Assembly (NCBI RefSeq): GCF_016714285.1
Contig: NZ_JADJNN010000008.1
Location: 132,669 to 196,668 of the forward strand
DNA from: Nannocystis sp.
GTDB taxonomy: Bacteria; Myxococcota_A; Polyangia; Nannocystales; Nannocystaceae
Direction of reading: 5' to 3'
DNA length: 64,000 nt
Shown here: in pieces, positions 49,682 through 57,205 of the stretch
Layout: every line of letters begins with the position of its first letter
Position numbering within the stretch: the first letter of the stretch is position 1
The notes under the pieces: generated by a model
Database searches by the model: none
Seen by the model: only the letters and a program-made list of their open reading frames with translations
What the model was told of the DNA's origin: nothing
Program-made: the position numbers and the translations under genes

Positions 49682-50193
49682 TACTCTAGACCGTGTTTGC
49701 GCTTGATGAGCTCGAGCTGCCGGGCGTACTCGATCTCGAAGGTGCTGGTGTTCTCGCTGAGGTGCTTGAGGTGGCGGCGGACCTCGCGGTCGATGTCGTC
49801 GTCGGCCTGCATGTGCCTGCGCAGCAGCTCCTTGAGCTTCTTGCGGATCGCGGTGTCCTCCGCATAGACCTCGCTGACGAAGCTCGAGCGCATGAACAGC
49901 TCGAGGAGCTGGCTGCAGATCCAGGTGACCGACTCGTCGCCGATGCCGAAGTCCTGCTCCTCGGCGATCGTGCGCTTGGTCTTGAACAGATCGGAGTAGG
50001 GCAGGTGGCGCCGCTCGAGCTCGTCCTTGGCCCGGTTGGTGATCTCGCGGTCCTTGCGGAGGTACTCCTTGAGGATCGACTCCACGTCGCGCTTGAACTC
50101 GTCGCGGTCGCTGACCTCGAGGTCCCCGGAGTCCACGAGTGTCTTGTTCACGGCTTCGACGATGGTGTTGATCTTCGCTGGAAAGAGGCGCAT
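49681..50193 (-). CDS. DUF507-family protein
   Basis: MRLFPAKINTIVEAVNKTLVDSGDLEVSDRDEFKRDVESILKEYLRKD is K/E-rich and its GC is lower than its surroundings. An alternative start at 50258 with a strong SD would overlap the NUDIX start. Confidence 0.65.
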   Translation of the reverse strand: MRLFPAKINTIVEAVNKTLVDSGDLEVSDRDEFKRDVESILKEYLRKDREITNRAKDELERRHLPYSDLFKTKRTIAEEQDFGIGDESVTWICSQLLELFMRSSFVSEVYAEDTAIRKKLKELLRRHMQADDDIDREVRRHLKHLSENTSTFEIEYARQLELIKRKHGLE

Positions 50194-50256
50194 GGGGATG
50201 GCCCGCAGGATAGGCGCTGCTTTTCCGAGCGTCCAGCTTGGGCTACTGAGCTCCGA

Positions 50257-50755
50257 CATGCCCACGCTCCCCTCCCAGCCCCGCCTCGTCGTCGTCGCCG
50301 GGCTCGTCTGGATCGGCCCCGGTCGGCTGCTCGTGCAGCGTCGGCCCGCGAGCGCCAGCCACGGCGCCGGCCGCCTGGAACTCCCCGGCGGAAAGGTGGA
50401 ACACGGCGAGGCGCCGCGCGCCGCATTGACCCGCGAACTCACGGAAGAGTGGGGCCCGGACGCCCGCCTCCTCACGCCGCTCGCTGTCGCCGAGGTGCTC
50501 CACCACGTGTATCCGCCGCCAGGCCCGGAGGTCCTGCTTGTGGTCTATCACGTCGACGCGTCGGCGTGGGGCGAGCGCTGGCCGAGCCTCGTGCGCGCCG
50601 CCGACGGAGCCAGCGTCCACGCCTTCGATCGCACGGCGCTGCCGCTCGCCGAGTTTCTCGCGGCGGATCGTGGTTTCCTGGCCGAGCTGGCCGCGGGCAA
50701 GCACACGCCGGCGTTCGTGGCCGGAGCCGAAAAACCGAGGCAGACGGGCCCCTAG
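50257..50755 (+). CDS. NUDIX hydrolase (MutT-like)
   Basis: The Nudix box reads GGKVEHGEAPRAALTRELTEEWG. Confidence 0.85.
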
Positions 50756-50874
50756 ACGCCTGGAGATCGGTCCCGCGCGGGTCCGGCGGCGGCGAGGCGA
50801 GACGCCGCGCGCTCACCGCGAGCGCCGCGGTCGCGCGAGGGCGCGCCCGTGCGAGGCCCGCGGGCGCGCCTGGC

Positions 50875-51414
50875 TCAAGGGACAGCCTGGTAGGTGGCGA
50901 CCAGGACGATGAAGCCGAGCAGCAGCGGGAGGTAGATGGCGAGGTAGATCCGGCCGAATCTCTTGCGGTCCCCGCGGAGCTTGTCGGCGGTCCGACGCAC
51001 CAGATCGTCGGCGTCGATCGTGGCGACCAGGCGCCCGCGCTCGGGCTCAGCGATGCCGAGGTCCTGAAGCAGCGGCGCGAGCAGCTGCTCACGCATGCGA
51101 TCGAGGGCGGCGATGCTGGCCCGGCGCAGCGGTCCGTCGGCGCCGTGCAGGTTGCGGACCAGCAGCGGCGGGTCGTAGTAGTTGAAGGCGACCAGGCTCG
51201 AGAGGCCGGTGGCGATCGCGGCGAGGTTGACGGTGATGTAGAAGGGGGCGTCCTTGCCCTCGATGATGAGGATCTCGAGGTACCAGGCGGCGAAGGCCAG
51301 CCCGCCCAGGCGTGCGCCCAGGATCCACGCTCGCCGACGCCGCAGCTCGCGGCGCTGGGCGGCGATCAGGGCGCTGACTTCGGGCTCCGGGATCGTGGAT
51401 GGCGCTTCGGACAT
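50875..51414 (-). CDS. Hypothetical membrane protein
   Basis: MSEAPSTIPEPEVSALIAAQRRELRRRRAWILGARLGGLAFAAWYLEILII has 2-3 TM helices. Three 14-bp tandem repeats lie immediately upstream of the ATG. Confidence 0.5.
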   Translation of the reverse strand: MSEAPSTIPEPEVSALIAAQRRELRRRRAWILGARLGGLAFAAWYLEILIIEGKDAPFYITVNLAAIATGLSSLVAFNYYDPPLLVRNLHGADGPLRRASIAALDRMREQLLAPLLQDLGIAEPERGRLVATIDADDLVRRTADKLRGDRKRFGRIYLAIYLPLLLGFIVLVATYQAVP

Positions 51415-51472
51415 GGTGGAAAGGACAGGGTGGAAAGGACAGGGTGGAAAGGACAGGCCGGCGATCACGTGA
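51415..51472. repeat. Three copies of the 14-bp tandem repeat GGTGGAAAGGACAG abutting a start codon, followed by the perfect palindrome GATCACGTGATC that contains the glk stop
   Basis: Both elements can be read directly. Confidence 0.85.
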
Positions 51473-52442
51473 TCAGGCCGGCGGCCGCGAGCGCGGCGCC
51501 CCGTAGGCCGACCTCGGGGTCGAGCACGAGGGCGACGGGGATCCGGCGCAGCAGGCCCGACATGCGGCCCTTGGCGAGGAAGCCGGCGAGGAAGCCGGCG
51601 CGCAGGCGCGGGCGCAGGCGCAGGCTGACACCGCCGGCGAGGTAGAGGCCGCCGCCCGGCAAGGTCTTGAGCGCGAGGTTGCCGGCCTCGGCGCCGTAGA
51701 GGCCGGCGAAGAGGTCGACGGCGCGGACACAGGCCGGGTCGTCGCCGCCGACGCCGAGCGTGCCGATGACGGCGGCGGGGTCGCCCTGGGCCATGTGCTC
51801 GCGCGTCGCGGGCAGCTCGGGGGCGTGGCCGCGGGCGACCAGAAATTCGTAGAGGGCGACCAGACCGGGGCCGGACAGGACGCGCTCGTAAGAAACGTGG
51901 GCGTGGCGGGCGAGGAGGTGGCGCAGGAGGTCGATCTCGAGGTCGTCGCGCGGGGCGAGGTCGGCGTGGCCGCCCTCGCCGCTGATGATGCGGGCGCCGC
52001 CCGGGCCGGGGACGAGGATCGCCTCGCCGAGGCCAGTGCCAGCGCCGAGGACGGCGACGACGCCGTGGGGGTCGCGCTCGCCGGGCTGGAACCAGTCGAG
52101 CTGATCGTCGGCGAGCGTGCCGACGCCGAGAGCGACGCCGTGAAAGTCGTTGATGAGGGCGACAGGCAGGCCGAGCGCGCGCGAGAGGTCGTCGGCGTCG
52201 AGCTGCCACCCGAGGTTGGTGAGCTCGCAACGCGTGGCGAGCACCGGGCCGGCGACCGCGAACACGGCGGCGCGCACCGACTCACGCCCGGCGCTGAGAA
52301 AGTCACGCACGATCGGCAGGAGGCCGGGACCCTGGCTCGGGTAGCGGGCGGCGCGGAGCATGGTCGGCGGTTGGCCGCGCTGCTGCGCGTAGATCGCGAG
52401 CGATGTCTTGGTGCCGCCGATGTCCCCGGCCAAAACCTGCAT
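51465..52442 (-). CDS. glk: Glucokinase (Glk family)
   Basis: MQVLAGDIGGTKTSLAIY matches the Glk N-terminal ATP-binding motif. The stop codon lies inside the palindrome GATCACGTGATC. Confidence 0.85.
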   Translation of the reverse strand: MQVLAGDIGGTKTSLAIYAQQRGQPPTMLRAARYPSQGPGLLPIVRDFLSAGRESVRAAVFAVAGPVLATRCELTNLGWQLDADDLSRALGLPVALINDFHGVALGVGTLADDQLDWFQPGERDPHGVVAVLGAGTGLGEAILVPGPGGARIISGEGGHADLAPRDDLEIDLLRHLLARHAHVSYERVLSGPGLVALYEFLVARGHAPELPATREHMAQGDPAAVIGTLGVGGDDPACVRAVDLFAGLYGAEAGNLALKTLPGGGLYLAGGVSLRLRPRLRAGFLAGFLAKGRMSGLLRRIPVALVLDPEVGLRGAALAAAGLIT

Positions 52443-52562
52443 GCGGGTGCTTACATCGATCTCGGGCGAGGGGGCAAGGCATCGCCGGTGCGGAGGCCCG
52501 ATCGCCACACTGGCGCCGCAGGTTGTTCGCGGATACCTCTTCGCGTGACCGAGAGTTGTGTG

Positions 52563-53648
52563 TCAGGCGAGCCCGGGGCCCGCGACTGGCAGCATGCGGC
52601 GCCCGTGCGGCGCCGTCTCGCGGATCAGGGCCGCCGCGCTGCGGACCCACGCGGGGTGCGCGTTGAGGCTCGGCACCAGGCGCAGCGCCTCGCCGCCGGC
52701 CGCCTTGAAGTCGGCCTCGGCGCGGATGCCGATCTCCTCGAGGGTCTCCAGGCAGTCGGCCACGAAGGCCGGGCAAAACACGGCCACGCGCTTGACCCCG
52801 CGGCGCGCCAGCTCGGGCAGCACGATGTCCGTGTAGGGACGGATCCACACCGCGCGGCCGAGCCGCGACTGGAAGCTCAGCGAGGTGCTCGCTGGATCGA
52901 GGCCGAGGCGGGCCGTGAGCGCCGCCGCGGTCGCGTGGCACTGCGCGCGGTAGCAGTGGCGGTTGGCGGCGACGATCTGCGCGCAGCAGTCGTCGCGGCG
53001 CAGGCAGTGCTGGCCCGACACGTCGCTCTTGTGCATGTGCCGCTCGGGCAGGCCGTGGAAGCTGTAGAGCACGTGATCGGGGCGCAGCTCCGCGAGCACC
53101 GGGGCGCCGACCTCGGCGAAGGCGTTGATGAAGCCGGGGTCGTCGTAGAAGGGCGGCACGACGCTGAGGTAGGGCGTGTTCCACAGCCCGGCGGCCTCGC
53201 GATACACCGCCTCCACCGTCGAGCCGGTCGAGCTCGCGGCGTACTGCGGATACAGCGGAAACACGACGATGCGATCGCAGCCGCGGTCACGCAGCGCGGT
53301 GAGGCCGGCGCGGATCGACGGGTTGCCGTAGCGCATCGCCAGCTCGACCTGCAGGTCCGGCAGCGCGGCGCGGACCTGCTCGCACAGCGCCCGGCTGTGC
53401 GAGAGCAGCGGCGAACCATCGGGGCCCCAGATCTTGCGGTAGGCCTCGGCCGAGCGCGCCGGGCGTCTGGGCAGGATGATGAGGTTCAGCAGCAGCCAGC
53501 GGCCGATCGCCGAGATGTCGAGCACGCGTGGGTCCGACAGGAACTCACGCAGGTAGCGGCGCACCTCCGGCGCCTGCGGGGCGTCGGGGGTGCCGAGGTT
53601 GACGAGGAGGACGCCGACAGTCGAGCTGGGCATGGCGAGGCGCGCCAT
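52563..53648 (-). CDS. hemH: Ferrochelatase
   Basis: GVLLVNLGTPDAPQAPEVRRYLREFLSDPRV is the HemH N-terminal signature. The alternative ATG start is at 53633. Confidence 0.9.
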   Translation of the reverse strand: MARLAMPSSTVGVLLVNLGTPDAPQAPEVRRYLREFLSDPRVLDISAIGRWLLLNLIILPRRPARSAEAYRKIWGPDGSPLLSHSRALCEQVRAALPDLQVELAMRYGNPSIRAGLTALRDRGCDRIVVFPLYPQYAASSTGSTVEAVYREAAGLWNTPYLSVVPPFYDDPGFINAFAEVGAPVLAELRPDHVLYSFHGLPERHMHKSDVSGQHCLRRDDCCAQIVAANRHCYRAQCHATAAALTARLGLDPASTSLSFQSRLGRAVWIRPYTDIVLPELARRGVKRVAVFCPAFVADCLETLEEIGIRAEADFKAAGGEALRLVPSLNAHPAWVRSAAALIRETAPHGRRMLPVAGPGLA

Positions 53649-53725
53649 GGTGGACCTGCGCGGCCGGCCCTGCAACCATCGCGCGCGGCTTGACCGCGGC
53701 CCGCGCGGCCTGCCACCGTGCGCGC

Positions 53726-54463
53726 GTGGCGGACCTGATCCCGCTCGCCCCTGGCGACGTGCACGTGTGGCTGACGACCCCGGAGTCGATCACCGACCCG
53801 GCGCTGCTCGCAAGCTACGCCGGGTGGATGAACGCCGACGAGACGGCCCGTCACGCCCGCTTCCTGTTCGACCGGCACCGCCACCAGTTCCTGGTCGCCC
53901 GCGCCCTCGTGCGCAGCACCCTGTCCCGCTACGCCGCCGTCGAGCGCCCCGACTGGCGCTTCGTCAAGAACCAGTGGGGCCGCCCGGACATCGACCCGGA
54001 GCACGGCCTCGGCGACCTGCGCTTCAACCTCTCGCACACCGACGGCCTGGTCGCGGTGGCGGTCGCCCGCGGCCCCGAGCTCGGCGTCGACGTCGAGGAC
54101 ACCTGGCGTCGCTCGCACACCGACCAGATCGCCGAGCACTTCTTCGCCCCGGCCGAGGTCCAGGCCCTGCGCGCGCTGCCTGCAGATCGCCAGCACGGCC
54201 GCTTCTTCGAGCTGTGGACGCTCAAGGAGGCGTACATCAAGGCCCGCGGCATGGGCCTGGCGATCTCGCTGCACGCCTTCGCCTACGCGCTCGACGACGC
54301 CGCGATCGGCCTGACGATCGACCCCAGCCTCGGCGACGACGCGAGCGGCTGGCAGCTGTTCCTGCACGCGCCGACGGAGCGCCACAAGCTCGCGCTCGCG
54401 GTGCGCGACCCCGGTGGTACGCCGGCGCAGCTGCAGATGCGCTGGGTCGTGCCCGGGCCCTGA
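53726..54463 (+). CDS. 4'-phosphopantetheinyl transferase (Sfp/EntD type)
   Basis: GVDVEDTWRR...FFELWTLKEAYIKARG are PPTase motifs 2 and 3. The start is ambiguous: TTG at 53690 or GTG at 53726. Confidence 0.8.
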   Translation: MADLIPLAPGDVHVWLTTPESITDPALLASYAGWMNADETARHARFLFDRHRHQFLVARALVRSTLSRYAAVERPDWRFVKNQWGRPDIDPEHGLGDLRFNLSHTDGLVAVAVARGPELGVDVEDTWRRSHTDQIAEHFFAPAEVQALRALPADRQHGRFFELWTLKEAYIKARGMGLAISLHAFAYALDDAAIGLTIDPSLGDDASGWQLFLHAPTERHKLALAVRDPGGTPAQLQMRWVVPGP

Positions 54464-54465
54464 GC

Positions 54466-54650
54466 GACTCGCCGGCCAGCGCCGCGGCGATCGCCGCGAC
54501 CAGAGCGGAGCGACTCGCCGGCCAGCGCCGCGGCGATCGCCGCGACGAGAGCGGAGCGACTCGCCGGCCAGCGCCGCGGCGATCGCTGTGGCCAGGCGCC
54601 GGGCCTGAGCTACTCGCCGGCCAGCTCCGAGGCGATCGCCGCGGCCACGC
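54466..54650. repeat. Tandem ~46-bp direct repeats: three copies plus the glgB 3' end as a fourth. Each carries the palindrome GCGGCGATCGCCGC.
   Basis: The unit gactcgccggccagcgccgcggcgatcgccgcgaccagagcggagc occurs three times in the convergent intergenic region. A fourth, degenerate copy is the glgB C-terminal coding end. Confidence 0.85.
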
Positions 54651-57063
54651 GGGCGACCCGCGCGGCGGCCTCGGCGGCCTCACGTGCCGCTTCAGCCGTT
54701 GCCTCCGCGGCCTCGGCCTCGCGCGCCAGATCTTCGGCCGCGGCCGCCGTCTCGCGGGCGATTCGCTCGGCCCGGTGGCGCTCGGCCGCGACGCGCAGCT
54801 CGCCCGCCTCCGGCCCGCGCAGCAGCAGGCAAGTCAGCGGGGGCAGGGTGATGCGCAGCGAGAAGGGCCGATCGTGGGCTGGCTCGGGCTCGGCCTCGAA
54901 GCTGTCTGCCAGCGACACGATCGCCGTCTGTTCATCGCCGCTGTAGGCCGCCGCGTCGCTGCGATCGATCAGGGTCCAGCGCCCCTCGGCGGGCACGCCG
55001 ATGCGCTGCTCCGTCCACGTCACCGGGGTGAAGTTCAGGGCCACGAGCATCACCGGTCCGCGGCTCGGCAGGCGCATGTACACCGCCAGGCTGCGCTGGC
55101 GATCGTCGACCACCATCCACTCGAAGCCCGCGGGATCGTGGTCGAGCTCGTGCAGCGCCGGGTCGGCGCGGTAGAGCTGGGCCACGCGACGCAGCCAGCG
55201 CAGCGCGCCCGCGTGCGCCGGCGATCGGAGCAGCTCCCAGTCGAGCTCGCGCTCGTGGCTCCACTCGCGCACCTGGCCGAACTCGCCGCCCATGAACAGC
55301 AGCTTGCGGCCCGGCGTGCTGAACATGTACCCGAGCAGCAGGCGCAGGCCGGCGAACTTCGCGGGCGTGTCCCCGTACATCTTGCGGATCAGCGAGCCCT
55401 TGCCGTGCACGACCTCGTCGTGCGACAGCGGCAGCATGTAGCGCTCGTTGTACGCGTACCACATGCGAAAGGTCAGCTCGTTGTGGTGCTGCGCGCGCGT
55501 GACGGGGTCGCGGCCGAGGTAGCGCAGGCTGTCGTGCATCCAGCCCATGTCCCACTTGAGATCGAAGCCGAGGCCGCCGCGCTCGACCGGGCCGGTGACC
55601 AGCGGCCACGCCGTCGACTCCTCCGCGATCGTGATCACGCCCGGGTGGCGCGCGTGGATCGTCTGGTTCAGCGCCCGCAGGAAGGCGACCGCCTCGAGGT
55701 TCTCGCGCCCGCCGTGCGCGTTCGGCTGCCACTGGCCGGGCTGACGCGAGTAGTCGAGGTAGAGCATCGAGGCCACCGCGTCGACCCGGATCGCGTCGAC
55801 GTGATAGCGCTCGATCCACATGGACGCGGAGCTGAGCAGGAAGGCCCGCACCTCGTGGCGCCCGTGGTTGAAGATCAGCGTGTTCCAGTCCGGGTGCACG
55901 CCGCGGCTCGGGTCGCGGTGCTCGTAGAGATAGGTGCCGTCGAAGCGGTGCAGCCCGTGCGCGTCGCCCGGGAAGTGGCCCGGCACCCAGTCGAGGATCA
56001 CCCCGATCTCGGCGCGGTGCAGCTCGTCGATCAGGTACATCAGCGCCTGCGGCCCGCCGTAGCGGGCGCTCGGGGCGAAGTAGCCGCTGGTCTGGTAGCC
56101 CCACGATCCGTAGAAGGGGTGCTCGGTGAGCGGCATGAACTCGACGTGGGTGAAGCCCAGCGCCCGCACGTGCGCGACCAGCTTCGCCGCGATCTCGCGG
56201 TAGCCGAGCCACGCGCCCTCGGGCCCGCGCAGCCACGAGCCGAGGTGCAGCTCGTAGACCGAGATCGGCGCGTGTCGACCTTGCCGCGCGGCCCGCTCGC
56301 GCAGCCACGCGTCGTCGCGCCAGGCGTACTCGAGGTCGGCGATCCGCGAGGCCGTGTGCGGCGGCAGCTCCGTGGCCAGCGCGCAGGGGTCGGCCTTGTC
56401 GAGCACCTCGCCGCGCATCCCGATCACACGGTACTTGTAGAGCATCCCGACCGCCGCCTCGGCGACGCGCCCGATCCACAGCCCGCCGCCGCCGCGCGCG
56501 AGCGGGTGGCGGAAGGGGTCCCAGTCGTTCCACTCGCCGATCACGCTGACGTGGCGCGCGTTCGGGGCCCACACCGCGAACTGCACGCCGCCCTCGGCGA
56601 GCAGCTGCGCGCCGAGCTTTTCATACAACCGCAGGTGCGTGCCCTCGGCGAGGTAGTGCAGGTCGTCGGCGCTGATGCTGGGGTCTTGGGTCGGCCGCGC
56701 GAGGTAAAGCCGCGGATCTGCGGGCGCCTCGGGCACCTCGGGTACCTCGTCGGGCAGATACAAGATGGCGTCCGCGCTGGCCGCGAGCACCTCGGCGGGG
56801 CTGTCCTTCGGGACAGGTACATCGTCGCCGAGGTACACGATCGCCTCGGTCTGCACGGCCACCTCATCGCCCGAGACGTCGACTGTCACCGCGGCCTCGG
56901 CCTCCGCCTCGGCCTGCTCCGGCCTGGCCTTCGGGACAGGTGCATCGTCGGGCAGGTACAGGATCGAGTCGGCGTTGCTGGCCAGCACCGCCGCTGCCCT
57001 GGGCTTCGCCCGCGCCGTGCCCTGCTTCGTCTCCCTCGATGGTTGCCGCGGACGCTTGCTCAT
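54610..57063 (-). CDS. glgB: 1,4-alpha-glucan branching enzyme with a ~130-aa N-terminal extension
   Basis: The GH13 branching-enzyme core reads HVEFMPLTEHPFYGSWGYQ...ILDWVPGHF. The N-terminal extension carries the repeats ILYLPDDAPVPK...VYLGDDVPVPK...ILYLPDEVPEVPE. Confidence 0.9.
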   Translation of the reverse strand: MSKRPRQPSRETKQGTARAKPRAAAVLASNADSILYLPDDAPVPKARPEQAEAEAEAAVTVDVSGDEVAVQTEAIVYLGDDVPVPKDSPAEVLAASADAILYLPDEVPEVPEAPADPRLYLARPTQDPSISADDLHYLAEGTHLRLYEKLGAQLLAEGGVQFAVWAPNARHVSVIGEWNDWDPFRHPLARGGGGLWIGRVAEAAVGMLYKYRVIGMRGEVLDKADPCALATELPPHTASRIADLEYAWRDDAWLRERAARQGRHAPISVYELHLGSWLRGPEGAWLGYREIAAKLVAHVRALGFTHVEFMPLTEHPFYGSWGYQTSGYFAPSARYGGPQALMYLIDELHRAEIGVILDWVPGHFPGDAHGLHRFDGTYLYEHRDPSRGVHPDWNTLIFNHGRHEVRAFLLSSASMWIERYHVDAIRVDAVASMLYLDYSRQPGQWQPNAHGGRENLEAVAFLRALNQTIHARHPGVITIAEESTAWPLVTGPVERGGLGFDLKWDMGWMHDSLRYLGRDPVTRAQHHNELTFRMWYAYNERYMLPLSHDEVVHGKGSLIRKMYGDTPAKFAGLRLLLGYMFSTPGRKLLFMGGEFGQVREWSHERELDWELLRSPAHAGALRWLRRVAQLYRADPALHELDHDPAGFEWMVVDDRQRSLAVYMRLPSRGPVMLVALNFTPVTWTEQRIGVPAEGRWTLIDRSDAAAYSGDEQTAIVSLADSFEAEPEPAHDRPFSLRITLPPLTCLLLRGPEAGELRVAAERHRAERIARETAAAAEDLAREAEAAEATAEAAREAAEAAARVARVAAAIASELAGE

Positions 57064-57205
57064 GCCACCTCGTCGGACGCGCTTTTACCGGGGAGCCGCC
57101 GCGAAGAGAACCCTGACGCGTGAATTTTCGGTCACGGCCTCGCCGCGGTCTGCGGACGGGCGCCCCCAACGGCGCCGGCAGCTGTGCCCCATCGGTGTGG
57201 GCGGC

